Shown one piece after another: positions 40,985-55,738 of a stretch of 64,000 nucleotides of DNA (the stretch's first letter is position 1; the number at the start of each line of letters is the position of its first letter). Source of the DNA: Eledone cirrhosa (lineage: Eukaryota); NCBI GenBank assembly GCA_964016885.1, contig OZ024761.1, forward strand, positions 22,134,001 to 22,198,000, in the 5' to 3' direction. A model generated the notes under the pieces. That model was not told where the DNA came from, did not search any database, and was given only the letters and a program-made list of their open reading frames with translations. A program made the translations under genes and the position numbers.

Positions 40985-41300
40985 TATTGAGAGAGGAACT
41001 CTATAAGAGGGATAAGTTGTGGTGTGCAGGAGAAAAGGCTGAGATGGTATGGACATGTGATGCGCATGGAGGACGACCGATGGGTGAAGAAGTGCCAGGA
41101 AGTCCCAGTAGAAGGAAGACGCAGTAGAGGTAGACCACGAAAAACATGGGCGGAGGTGGTGAGAGCAGTCCTCAGATTGCTGAAGCTCATGGAGGAGATG
41201 ATGAAGGACCGTGACGGGTGGAGAGATGCTGGGCTGAATAGGACCCGTCCCACCCTTGCAAGCAGGGAAAAGCGGACGTAAAATGATGATGATGATGATG
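40985..41300 (+). mobile_element. RTE-clade LINE, 5'-truncated 3' end
   Basis: QEKRLRWYGHVMRMEDDRWVKK...EGRRSRGRPRKTW is a typical RTE ORF C-terminus; ends in (GAT)n. Confidence 0.9.
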
Positions 41301-41382
41301 ATATACTTACAGTACACATTAATGGAATTCAATTCAAGCACTCAACGTATTTTTCCACATAGGAAAATGGAATATATATAGA

Positions 41383-41579
41383 ATAAGAAAATGCGAAGTA
41401 GTTTCAGATGTTAAGGTCCTTTATTGATAATACTGTGATACATATTTCAATGACAACAGTGGCCTGATGATGTCACGGCACTGGGTACACGGAATTGTGT
41501 GGCCACTGTTGTCATTGAAATATGTATCACAGTATTATCAATAAAGGGCTTTAACATCTGAAACTACGTTGCATTTTCT

Positions 41580-41583
<4 letters not shown>
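41383..41583. mobile_element. Fold-back element containing a hammerhead core
   Basis: Inverted arms of about 80 bp (41383-41464 / 41501-41583). Plus strand has CTGATGA (41464), a long stem II, then GAAA TATGTATC. The right end runs into (TA)n. Confidence 0.7.
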
Positions 41584-41654
<71 letters not shown>

Positions 41655-41783
41655 GAAGTTATATTTAAATTGTTGTGATACAACAAGCAAATGTTTTTAT
41701 AACTGATATAAAGCACTCAACAAATTATTGGAGTAAAAATACGATATATTAACAAATGGAAACTATATTTATAAAACCATATT

Positions 41784-41848
41784 TATTTTATTATACATAT
41801 TTCAAGGACACCAAGTTAAATTATAGTGCGCTTTCATCAGATAAAATA
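41784..41848 (-). ncRNA. Type I hammerhead ribozyme motif (left arm of fold-back element)
   Basis: Minus: TATTTTAT-CTGATGA-AAGCGCACTA...TGGTGTCCTT-GAAA-TATGTATA-ATAAAATA. Confidence 0.78.
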
Positions 41849-41980
41849 TAATATAGATCAGTTTTATAAACAAATATTGATATACCCTTAAAGTAACCCC
41901 ACTATCCGGGAGCTTCCAACCGACATGGTCGCATTCTTTAAGGGTATGTCAATATTTGTTTATAAAACTGATCTATATTA

Positions 41981-42045
41981 TATCTTATCTGATGAAAGTG
42001 CACCATAATTTGCTTTGGTGTCCTTGAAATATGTATAATGAAATA
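41981..42045 (+). ncRNA. Type I hammerhead ribozyme motif (right arm of fold-back element)
   Basis: TATCTTAT-CTGATGA-AAGTGCACCA...TGGTGTCCTT-GAAA-TATGTATA-ATGAAATA. Confidence 0.75.
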
Positions 42046-42087
42046 AATATGGTTTTATAAATATAGTTTCCATTTGTTAATATATTG

Positions 42088-42123
<36 letters not shown>

Positions 42124-43433
42124 TACATCAAGTAAAGGTAAGGGTATAATGTTGAATAATGATATTTGTTTTAAATAAAAATAATTTGTCAAGTTGTTTG
42201 GGAGATCAAATAAGATTGAGGGAATTATAGAGAAAAAGGAGAGTGTTTAAAGGGGAGTAATTTGTCATTTGATGGAGTAGATGGATGTAGAAGAGAGAGA
42301 GAGGGAGGAGGAGAGAGAGTAAGAGAGAAACAGACAAAAAGAAAGAATGGAAGAGAGAAAGAGAGAGAATGGGAGAGGAAGATAGATAGATACAGAGAGA
42401 GAGAGAGAGAGAGTAAATAACTGTGGAGTTGTTTAGTTATTTATTAAGTGTGTTTTAATTAATGTCGTTAATAAGCTGCTGAAATTATTGACAAAAACAG
42501 GTTTCAAATTAAAAAAATGTGAAACTTGATGTTGTGGGGTGGGGCAGGGTGGGGAAGGTTGGGGGGGTGGGGCAGGGTGGGGAAGGTGACGGGGTGTTGA
42601 TTTCTATATTATTATTATTATTGGTAGAACGTCAGACGGCATGCTTTGCAGCATGGAGTTATGGCCCTTTATGTTCTCTGTTCAAATCCCGCCGAGGATA
42701 ACTTTGCCTTTCATCCTTACGGGGTAGATAAAATAAAGTACCAGTAATGTACTGGGGTTGATATAATCGACTTCCCCCTCCCCCCAAAATTGCTGGCCTT
42801 GTACCTATATAAGAAACTATTAATACAGGGAGGTAGAGTGGCAGTATCGGTAGAGGGTCGGACACGGTGCTTTGCAGTATAGAGTTACCGCCCTTTACGT
42901 TCTGAGTTCAAATCCCACCAAGGTTAGCTTTGTGTGTGTGTATATTTATATATATATGTGTATGTATATATATATATTTGTGTGTGTGTGTGTTTATGTG
43001 TGTATATGTATATATATATATACATGTGTATGTATATATATATATATATGTGTGTGTGAAAAATAATATACAGAAATTCTATCTTGAATTAATTCTATCC
43101 CCAGCATGACCCCCCCCTATCAATTACCCCCCCCCCCCATCCCTCCCTCCCTCCCTCCCAGCCCCCCTCCACCCCACCTCTCCAGCCCCCACCATATTTG
43201 ATAACATTTTGAAAGTTGATATCTTTTTTATGTTAATTAATATCTTGAAAAACATAACAACAACAACCAGATTAGATAAAAATAACAAACTACTCTATAT
43301 AGATATATATACACATATATATATATATATATATGTGTATATATATATATAGTGATGTATGTATATATATATATGTATATATAGTGATGTATGTATATAT
43401 TGGTGTATATATATGTCTATGTATATAATGATG

Positions 43434-43464
<31 letters not shown>

Positions 43465-44192
43465 TGGTGTATATATATATATGTATATATTCATGTATGT
43501 ATATATATATATAAATGTATGTAATGTGTGTATGTATATACATATATATATAGAGGAGATAAAAAGATACAAACACACACATATATATATACACACACAC
43601 ACACATATATATATACACACATATATAAATAGTGTTCCATAACAGTTTAACTAAAATACTTGTAAACGGAAGTTTCATATTTCAGAATTTAGGAGGACAT
43701 CTTATCAGATTCTGCCATTTTATCTCTAAACTGGTCCATGGATCACACACTCCCGCTCTAGATACTATAATATAAACTGATCCCAATATAACTGCCCCCT
43801 ATTTTATGTCTGAGAAATGGGGCTAAAGTTCAAACCTCATAAGTTGGTGAATATCCTCGAAATATTAAATATTGACCCTCTGAATATACCCCCCCCCCCC
43901 CTCGTGCCCCACACCACCTCAAGTCTGGGGTGAGGAGGGGGCTATGTTAAATATTATCATAATTACCTGATCCTTCGTTAGTTTATCTTAATTATAATTA
44001 TAGAACTTTTTAATAAATTTCTGTTGTGTTGAATAATTCAAGGGTGTTTATTTAATCTGAGTGAAACCACACATATATACATATATATACATATATATAT
44101 ATATATATACATATATACATATATATACATATATATATATATATACATATATACATATATATATACATATATACATATATATACATACATAT

Positions 44193-44223
<31 letters not shown>

Positions 44224-44950
44224 TACATATATATACATATATACATACATATATACATACATATACATATATACATACATATATACATACATATATACAT
44301 ATATATACATATATATATACATATATACATACATACATTTATACATATATACATATATATATACATACATATATACATATATATATACATACATATATAC
44401 ATATATATATACATACATTTATACATATATACATATATATATACATACATATATACATATATATATACATACATATATACATATATACATATATACATAC
44501 ATATATACATACATATATATATACATACATATATATATACATATATATATATACATACATACATATATACATACATACATACATATATACATACATATAT
44601 ACATACATACATATATACATACATATATACATATATATATACATACATATATACATACATATATACATACATATATACATATATATACATATATATACAT
44701 ACATATATATACATATATATACATACATATATACATACATATATATACATATATATACATACATATACATATATATACATACATATATACATATATATAC
44801 ATACATACATATATACATACATATATACATGCATATATATATACATATATACATGCATATATATATATATATATATACATACATACATATATATATACAT
44901 ATACATACATATATATATATATATATACATACATATATATATATATATAT

Positions 44951-44982
<32 letters not shown>

Positions 44983-45320
44983 GGTGGCTGCCAACTCGTT
45001 TTCGAGTACGGCCACTACTTTATATCCATGTAGGAGAACCCCTACCGATGCGCTGAATAAGTGTGACTTTTTAGTCCAGCCAGCGACTTGAAAACTCTGG
45101 TACAAACACTACACTTGTGACAATTATTGACACATAGTGCTGGGCCCATGGTACCATGTGACGACAAGTGCAGAGAGATCTCCAGATATAAAGCAATGCC
45201 TGTGCTGTGAAGCTTTTATAGTGAGCAAAGGCACTGCACAAAGCCAGTCCCACTCTCTTAACCAAGATGATATTTACCAAAAAGAAGAACAAGTCAACAT
45301 CATTGGAAACCATCAGGGTT
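44983..45320 (-). mobile_element. RTE/BovB-like LINE 3' end
   Basis: Reverse-complement paralogue of 29885-30057 with extra upstream sequence. Confidence 0.7.
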
Positions 45321-45487
45321 GCAGGTGTTATATCAGAGTTTTCCTTCTCCTAGAATTCTGCCTTGACAAAGGCTAAGGGGTCATCTCTCCTGGTGATTTT
45401 GGATGGCCATTGACTCTTAAGAGCTCCTTTGCCCTTTGACAGGTTTTGTTTTTAGTCCTGCAGGATGTCCAAAGTCACCCTCCTTAC

Positions 45488-45520
<33 letters not shown>

Positions 45521-45531
45521 CATACATACAT

Positions 45532-45562
<31 letters not shown>

Positions 45563-45886
45563 CATACATATATATAAATATACATACATATATATATATA
45601 CATACATACATATATACATATATACACTGTTATACACATACACACATGGACACATATACACACCCAACATACACTGTTACACACACACACTCACCTGTCT
45701 TTCCGTCCTCCATATTCCATTCTTCTCTCTCTCTCACACACCCAGGTATGTGTGTGTCTGTGTGTACACGTGTGTGTGTGTGAGTGTACACAAGTGTGTG
45801 TGTGTGTGTGCACATGTGTGTGTGTGTGCCAGCATATGTGTGTATGTATATGTAAGTATATATATGTGTGTGTGTGTTTGCGTATG

Positions 45887-45943
<57 letters not shown>

Positions 45944-46088
45944 GTGTATGTATATCATCATCATTGTTTAATGTCCATCTTCTATGCTAGCATGGGTTAT
46001 AGTATATATAGATATAGATATATATGTGTGTGTGTGTGTGTATATATATATGTAGATATATATATATATGTGTGTGTATATATGTATA

Positions 46089-46135
<47 letters not shown>

Positions 46136-46168
46136 ATGTATATGTAGGTATATATATATATATATATG

Positions 46169-46211
<43 letters not shown>

Positions 46212-46351
46212 ATGTATATGTAGATATATATATGTGTGTGTGTAGGTACATCAGTGTATGAGGGTGAGATTGCCAGTTGAAGCGACACCAGATCACCTGT
46301 CATGATGTGATGCTGTAGATTTAGAATTGGTGTCGCTGTATTTAAGAACAG

Positions 46352-47160
46352 ACGTTACATTATGTAACATAGTACTTGGCTGTTTCTCTAGCTCGCAGAG
46401 AGAGTGTGTGTGATTGTGTGTGAGTTGAGGGAGATTTGGCTGTTATTTCTAACCAGTCAAACAGGCGTTACATTATGTAACATAGTACTTGGCTGTTTCT
46501 CTAGCTCGCAGAGAGAGTGTGTGTGAGTTGAGGGAGATTTGGCTGCTATTTCTAACCAGTCAAACAGGCTTTATGTTATGTAACATATTACTTGGCTGTA
46601 TCTCTAGCTCACAGAGAGAGTGTGTGTGAGTTGAGGGAGATTTGGCTGCTATTTCTAACCAGTCAAACAGGCTTTATGTTATGTAACATAGTACTTGGCT
46701 GTATCTCTAGCTCGCAGAGAGAGTGTGTGTGAGTTGAGGGAGATTTGGCTGCTATTTCTAACCAGTCAAACAGGCTTTATGTTATGTAACATATTACTTG
46801 GCTGTATCTCTAGCTCACAGAGAGAGTGTGTGTGAGTTGAGGGAGATTTGGCTGCTATTTCTAACCAGTCAAACAGGCTTTATGTTATGTAACATATTAC
46901 TTGGCTGTATCTCTAGCTCGCAGAGAGAGTGTGTGTGAGTTGAGGGAGATTTGGCTGCTATTTCTAACCAGTCAAACAGGCTTTATGTTATGTAACATAT
47001 TACTTGGTTGTTTCTCTAGCTCGCAGAGAGAGTGTGTGTGATTTGAGGAAGATTTGGCTGCTATTTCTAACCAGTCAATCGGTCCTTTGCTGTATCTCGA
47101 GCTCGCAGAGGGAGTGTGTATGATTTAAGGAAGATTTAGCTGCTATTTCTAACCAGTCAA
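46352..47160 (+). repeat. Tandem repeat of about 103 bp, about 7.5 copies
   Basis: Unit includes gagggagatttggctgctatttctaaccagtcaaacagg. Confidence 0.92.
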
Positions 47161-48612
47161 TAAACCCTATTGAGGTCCCTCAGTGTTAACCCTTTAGCAT
47201 TTTAACTGGTTGTATTGGGCCAGAACTCTCTCACCTCTTTCAGTTCAAACCGGCTGTAACTGGCCACACACATACATACACACATACACACATATACATA
47301 CATACACACATATACATACATACACACATATACATACACACATACATACATACACACATATACGTATACATACACACACATATACATACATACATACACA
47401 CATACACATACATACATGCACACACACATACACACTCACATATGCACAAATACACACACACACAGATACATACACACATACTCACATCCATGGACACACA
47501 TACATACATACATACACATACACACATACATGCACACATATGCACACACACATACACACACACACATACGCACACACATGGACATACACACATGTTCACA
47601 TACTCATACACACAATACACACACAGACACACGTGTAATTCAAAGAAGACTTAGCTGCTATTTCTAGCAGGTCAAGTGTAAAGTTAAAGCCTCCATGTTG
47701 TTCTAATGGTGTAACTGTCATGGTGAATGTGGTTGACATTGTGTTATATAGTTATTTGTGTCTTTACGGTGCTGTCTGTGTGTCCCCAGGATTTGAGGGA
47801 GATTTAGCTGCTACTTCTATTAAGTCAAGCAGCTATAATACAGCTCCCACGATGTTCTGTAAAAACACCGGAATACCAGAAACAGCAGAGTAGAAGACTA
47901 AAAGACTCTGAGGACTCTGTGGTATTTAGTTACATCCCTTTATATTCTGAATAGATTTACTCCCTATTGTGTTGTTCTTTCTTGAGATTAATTGATATTG
48001 TTAGAGTTATCTCCCTTCCCTTACATGTTATTATTATATTCTGAACATACACAACCATTCTACCAGAGGGAGCTGTTGTCTTTGGAATTATTTCATGTGG
48101 CGGTGGTGGTGGTGGGTGATAGTGGTGGTGGTGTTGGTGGTGGTGGCAGTAGTGGTGGCAGTAGTGGTGGAAGTGGTGGTGGTGGTAGTAGTGGTGTTGG
48201 TGTTGGTGGTGGTAGTGGTGTTGGTGTTGGTTGTGGTAGTAGTAGTGGTGGTAGTGGTGGTGAGGAATGAAAATAAAATAAATACAAGTGTATGTGTGCA
48301 TGTTTATATGTCTCTGTGTACATATGCATCTGTGTGTCTGTGTCTATATATATATGTATGTGTATGTATATGTGTGTGTGTGTGTATATATATATATATG
48401 TGTATGTGTATATAATATATATATATATGTGTGTGTGGTTGTTTCCTGCTGCTGTTATTTGGTAAATCACAAAGAACTGGAGTTATTTTTAGGGTTAAAC
48501 AACAACAATAACAAATGATGGCGGTACTCACACTTACATATATACACACATATATATATATATAGGTTTATACACACATATATATATAGGTTTATACACA
48601 CATATATATATA

Positions 48613-48650
<38 letters not shown>

Positions 48651-48788
48651 TTTATACACACATATATATATAGGTTTATATATATATATATATATATAGG
48701 TTTATACATGTATATATATATGTTTATACACACATATATATATATGTTTATATATATATATAGGTTTATACATGTATATATATATGTT

Positions 48789-48874
<86 letters not shown>

Positions 48875-48884
48875 TTTATACATA

Positions 48885-48919
<35 letters not shown>

Positions 48920-49534
48920 GTATGTTTATATATATATATATATAAACATATTTATATATATATATACACACACATATATATGCTAGCGTGAAAGATGGAC
49001 ATTAAACGATGATGATGATTATATATATATATATATATATGCTTATATGTATATACGTATATATGGATATATATATATATGTATGCATACAAATGTGTAT
49101 ATATATATATATATATATATACATGGGTATATATACACACCTTTGTATACACACATACACACAAATATATGTGTATATATATGTGTATATATATGTGTAT
49201 ATATATACACACATCAGTGTATTTCACAAAAGACTCCCTAATTTGTAGTTGTGATGTTCACATGACTCACTTAGTCTAGACTGAGCAGGTGAAGGTGGGA
49301 CTGGGGACCCAGGAGGGGAGGGTAGAGGACATCGGGGAGGTGGGGCAGGCTACACAGGCACCTGGATACAGAAGTAAGGGTGTTGGCTCCCTTTACTCAC
49401 ACACTTACATCTACACACACACACACACACGCATCTATATACATATACACACAAATGCATGCATATACATATATATATATACACACACACATGCATGTAT
49501 ATATATATACACACACATGCATGTATATACACAG

Positions 49535-49586
<52 letters not shown>

Positions 49587-49764
49587 GTACATATATATAT
49601 ATATATACACAGGTATATATATATATACACACATGTATAGTCATTGTTGTTAAAAAAATATCTTTGTTTTTACATGTGTTACATTTGCAGGAACACATAT
49701 ATATATGTATATATATACATATGTATATATATATATATGTATATATACATACATATGTATGTAT

Positions 49765-49867
<103 letters not shown>

Positions 49868-49939
49868 CATATGTATATATATATATATGTATATATACAT
49901 ACATATGTATATATATGTATATGTATATATATGTATATG

Positions 49940-49972
<33 letters not shown>

Positions 49973-50196
49973 GTATATATATAACATATGTATATGCGTA
50001 TATATATATATAACATGTGTATAAGAATATATATATATAACATATGTATATGCGTATATATATATATAACATGTGTATAAGAATATATATATATGTGTGT
50101 GTATGTATATATAGGAATATATATACACCCACACACAGACAAGAACATACCAAGGTAACTACACAAATAGGAGCTCAAGTGCTCTCACACACACGC

Positions 50197-50236
<40 letters not shown>

Positions 50237-50452
50237 ATCATCATATATATATATATATATATATACACAATACACACATATATATTTATATACAATATAC
50301 ACACATACATATATATATATACAATACACACACATACAACACACAGTCATACACACACCATCAGAGAACACGTCAACCCCAGTATATGACTGGTACATAT
50401 CTTAGTCTATTGATCCCAGAAAGATGAAATGTGAAGCAGACCTTCACAGTAT

Positions 50453-50882
50453 TTAACCCTTTAATGTTCAAACCGTCCCAAACCGGCCAGAATTCTCTAC
50501 CTCTTTCTGTTGAAACTGGCTGTAACTGGCTACTCGTACTGATGTTAAGGTATTGTTCTCAACATAAAGAATATCAAAATCTTATAGGATTCGATATTAT
50601 GTGAGGTAAAGCCTTTACCATGAAAATACAATAGTATATATAGAGTAATGTAAATGTTATGTGAGATATTATGTGAGGTAAAGCCTTTACCATGAAAATA
50701 CAATAGTATATATAGAGTAATGTAAATGTTATGTGAGATATTATGTGAGGTAAAGCCTTTACCATGAAAATACAATAGTATATATAGAGTAATGTAAATG
50801 TTATGTGAGATATTATGAGGTAAAGCCTTTACCATAAAAATACAATAGTATATATAGAGTAATGTGAATGCTAAAGTGTTAA
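50453..50882 (+). mobile_element. piggyBac-type MITE with internal tandem duplication
   Basis: Same family as 13902, with a segment of about 73 bp repeated four times. Confidence 0.7.
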
Positions 50883-51751
50883 ATACAGAATATAAAAAGT
50901 TATAACTAGAATTGTGCGACATTCTACTGCTTCAACCAACCAGCTGACAACTCTCCCTTCACCCCACTCCCCGTTTTATATCTAAAATATTGATTTCCAA
51001 TATTGGCAGGAATCAATATTTGGTCACAAGATCAGACCAAAGAAACAATGTTTCCATTAGTCTTTCCATTGCTGATACTATCTGACAGTCACAACTCTTG
51101 TGAGAAGAAAGGAGCTGATCGTCAGATCAGACCAAGGAAACAATGTCTCCATTGGTCTTTCCATTGCTGGTACTGTCCGTGGGTCACAGGCAACTCCCTG
51201 TAGAATATTCACTGCTTTTCTGGATTTGAAATGGAAAATCATCACTACCACCACCACCATCACCATCACCATCATCACACCCATCATCATCACCATCACT
51301 ACCACCACCATCACCACCATCACCACCATCACCATCACCACCATCATCACCAATATTGCCACCATCACCTATAGCCCCCCCCCCCCGTATTTAGTGATGT
51401 ATCACTGACAGAGATGACTGAGAAAGGGGCCCAGGTGGTGGTGGGGGGGGACAAGTAGAACTTAAGTGTGGAAAGGTTTGGGGGGGGGGGGTAACCCCCC
51501 CCCCCCCCCCACACACACACACACACACTTCCCTCCTTCCCTGGGGAGAGGGGTGGGGTGGAGGGTGTGTTCTAAAGCTGAGGCAGCAGTGGGAGGAGGC
51601 TGTAATAGTGATGAGAGGGGGAGGGGACAGAGCGGGTGACTAAGGGGTGGGGGGTGGGGGGTTAAGGTGGAGGGGGGGGGGGGGGTGACTAAAGTGGTGG
51701 GGGGGTCAGAGAAGATGATGAGACAGATGATAGGTTAGTCCTCTCTTCTGT

Positions 51752-51786
<35 letters not shown>

Positions 51787-51850
51787 ATGCCTGTGTGTGT
51801 GTGTGTGTGTGTAAATATGCCTCTGTGTGTGTGTGTGTGTGTAAATGTGC

Positions 51851-51890
<40 letters not shown>

Positions 51891-52627
51891 GTGTGCCTCT
51901 GTGTGTGTGTATATATGTAAGAGTATCAGTGTTTGTGTGTCATTGTGAGTGTATGTGAGTGTGTGAGTATGTGTAAGAATGTATGTGTGTGTAGGAATGT
52001 TGAGTGTCTGTATGCAAATGTGTGCAGGTGAGTAAATCTATGTTAATGTATGTATGGAGGTGTGTGTGTGTATGTATATGTGTTTATGTGTGTGTATGTA
52101 TATGTGTTTATGTGTGTGTGTGTGTGTATGTATATGTGTTTATGTGTGTGTGTGTATATGTGTTTATGTGTGTGTGTGTGTGTATGTATATGTGTTTATG
52201 TGTGTGTGTGGTAGAAAATGAACTCAAGCTGCCCCGGGGGGGGGGGGGCTTTTTTCAAGAGACAGGGGGAGGTAGGCAGGGGTGGAGGGCTTCTGTACCC
52301 CACCCCCACTTTTACCTTTCATAACTCCACTCCAAGATGTTAAAACCCCAACATGAAGAGATAGGGGGGGGGGGGGGCAGGCATGACTGTTGACACCTCT
52401 CACTTGTACTGGGGCTTCAGATGATGTGAAACACACACATGTACCACCACCACCACCACCACCACCACCACCACCACCACCACCACCACCACCACCACCA
52501 CCACCACCACCACCACCACCACCACCACCACCACCACCATCATCATCATCACCACCACCACCACCACCACCACCACCACCATCACCACCACCATCACCAC
52601 CACCACTACCACCACCACCATCATCAC

Positions 52628-52662
<35 letters not shown>

Positions 52663-52993
52663 CCATCATCACCATCATCACCGTCGTCATCATCATCATC
52701 ATCATACGTCCATTTTCCATGCTAGCATGGGTTAGACCAGTTGTCCTCTTGTGAGACTAGCCAGGTCAGGTGACCAGGTCTTGCTCCTACAGAACTGATT
52801 TTTGTCTTGGTTTCTAAACACACACACAAACATACACAAACTTATACACACACACACACAGATACACTCACACACAGTTACATATATACACACATACACA
52901 CACATATACTTACAGGGTCGATGAAATAAAGTACCAGTAATACACTGGGATAATTGTTGCCCTTGTGCCAAAAGTAGAAAGAATTATATACAA

Positions 52994-53282
52994 TCATCAT
53001 CATCATTTTACATACGCTTTTTCCCTGCTTGCAAGGGTGGGACGGGAACTGATTCTGGCTTGATTTCTACAGCTGGATGCCCTTCCTAACACCAACCTCA
53101 TTTACAGTGAGTGCTGGGTGCTTTTTTTCCGTGGCACCTCCACGACCACTTTGCAGTGGAATGATATGGACCCCAGTCCCTATCATCTCATTTCTACAGC
53201 TGAGTAAACTGGAGCAATGTGAAATAAAGTGTCTTGCTCAAGGAAACAACACATCACCCGGTCTAAGAATTGAACTCACAAC
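52994..53282 (-). mobile_element. tRNA-derived SINE (same family), head truncated
   Basis: Reverse-complement copy, inverted relative to 53503-53835. Confidence 0.8.
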
Positions 53283-53502
53283 AATATATTATAAAAAGGG
53301 CGGTGGATTGGCAGTATTGGTAGACGGTCAGACGCCATGCTTTGTAGCATAGAGTTACGGCCCTTTATGGCCTGAGTTCAAATACCGTTTAGGTTAACTT
53401 TACCTTTCATCCTTACGGGGTCGATAAAATAAAGTACCAGTAATACACTGGGGTAATTGCTGGCCTTGTGCGAAAGTAGAGACAATTATATATATTTATA
53501 TA

Positions 53503-53835
53503 TGGAGGCACATGGCTTAGTGGTTAGAGCATTGGCCTTGCAATCGAAAGGTTGTGAGTTCAATTCTCAGACTGGGTGATGTGTTGTGTCCTTGAGCAAG
53601 ACACTTTGTTTCACATTGCTCCAGTTTACTCAGCTGTAGAAATGAGATGATAGGGACTGGGGTCCCTATCATTCCACTGGAGGTGCCACGGCAAATAAGC
53701 ACCCAGCACTCACTGTAAATGAGATTGGTGTTAGGAAGGGCGTCCAGCTGTAGAAATCAAGCCAGAATCAGTTCCCGTCCCACCCTTGTAAACAGGGAGA
53801 AGCGGACGTAAAATGATGATGATGATGATGATGAT
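53503..53835 (+). mobile_element. tRNA-derived SINE (same family as 30950)
   Basis: Near-identical full-length copy. Confidence 0.85.
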
Positions 53836-54109
53836 ATTTTCAAACTCACAAATGTATATTTGGAATTTCCAAAGATACTGACTTTTCCAAAACAGGGAGC
53901 AGCCCGAAGCTCTAAGTCTAACTAACGAGGTTCTACAAAGGTTAAATATGGAGAGTAGATATTATATTATTTATAGATTACATAATCTATAAATACAGAT
54001 TAGATATGTCTAGTAGTGTGGCCATGTTAGAAGACAACGGGTGTCTGAGGTGGCTAAAACTACGTAGGATTCTACAAATGGCTAAGGGCGAGTGGATAAT
54101 ATATATATA

Positions 54110-54157
<48 letters not shown>

Positions 54158-54276
54158 ATGTATCCAAAGATACGGAGAATCTGGTGAAGAGGAAAAAAAA
54201 ATATATATATATATATATACTATATATACTATATAATATACTATATATATATATATTTATATACTATATATATATA

Positions 54277-54358
<82 letters not shown>

Positions 54359-54465
54359 AGCACAGATTAAAAGTTTAAGAAGATCCCACTTTAAGTTGAA
54401 CATCAAAATTTTTTCCTTAATCTTTTAATCTGCGCTAATAATATATATTTCTACGGGGTTTATAT

Positions 54466-54498
<33 letters not shown>

Positions 54499-54582
54499 TA
54501 ATATATATTATATATATAAATATATATTATATATATATATAATATATAAATATAATATATATTATATAAATATATATATATA

Positions 54583-54632
<50 letters not shown>

Positions 54633-55197
54633 TGGGTTTGTCTAAAAACTCGGAGTGTCTGAAGACAGCATCTAAAGGTTCTGTGTGTGTATGGAGACTA
54701 GAAATGTCCAAAAGCTTTAAGACTCAATAAGACTTCTACGGTGGTAAACTGCAGGGAGTGGAAAATATGTTTAGATATTTACAAACTCACAAAATACATA
54801 CTCGGTGGTTTTCCTACAATGGAGAAATTTCACAGAAAACAATAATAAAATATATAAATATAAATATAAAAATTAATTAAACTAATTAAAATATATACAA
54901 ATAAAATAGAATAAAATAATTTATAAAATATATACAAATAAAATAGAATAAAATAATTTATAAAATATATAAAAATAAATGTAATTGCAAATAAAATAAG
55001 AGTTTTATTTTTCACTGTAGCACAGCTGATACATAAAAGTATGTATATATACATATATGTACATATGTATGTGTATATATATACACAGATATGTATGAGT
55101 ATAAATATATATATGTACATATGTATATATATATATACACATACATATCTGTATATATATATATACACATATGTACATATATATATACACATACACA

Positions 55198-55251
<54 letters not shown>

Positions 55252-55481
55252 CATATGTGTATATATGTGTATACATATGCATACTTACTTTAATGTAATT
55301 AAAACGAAATATTAAATGAATCAATAAATAAAATGAAAATAAAAACATATATAAATAAATAAATTAAAAATTAAACAAAAATAATAATAATTGAAATATA
55401 AAGAAATTAATAAACCAGGGATTAAGACATTTTTGTGATAAGACAGCGGTTGGAGGGGAGCTTTCCTTTGAGAAATGAAAA

Positions 55482-55510
55482 ACTTACCTGAAAAACTAAA
55501 AAAAAACAAA
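55482..55510 (-). other. Recursive splice site motif (3' splice site directly abutting a 5' splice site)
   Basis: Minus strand reads tttgttttttttttagtttttcag|GTAAGT, on the same strand as the gene and upstream of the GAR exons in a presumed long intron. Confidence 0.55.
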
Positions 55511-55547
55511 TATAAAATAAAAATGGGTAAACAAATAAAAAATAATA

Positions 55548-55738
55548 ATTGTGTCTATTTTAGGCACAAGGCCAGCAATTACCCAGTACATTACTGGTAC
55601 TTTACTTTATCGACCCCGTAAGGATGAAAGGCAAAGTTAACCTCGGCGGGATTTGAACTCAGATCATAAAGGGACGTAACTCTATGCGTCAAAGCATGGC
55701 GTCCGACCCTCTACCGATACTGCTAATCCACCGCCCTT
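55548..55738 (-). mobile_element. tRNA-derived SINE with Nin/Deu-like central domain (second family)
   Basis: Head ggcagtatcggtagag...gagttcaaatccc; body gcctttcatccttacggggtcgataaa. Other copies at about 1170-1345, 11010-11200, 23035-23225, 27910-28100, 28655-28800, 35058-35235, 42622-42930 and 53298-53490. Confidence 0.8.

Larger units (their letters stand above)
41652..42086. mobile_element. Fold-back element with two inverted hammerheads, between (TA)n tracts
   Basis: Arms of about 147 bp (41746-41892 / 41936-42084) around a spacer of about 43 nt, plus a unique left tail shared with 32711-32995. Confidence 0.75.
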
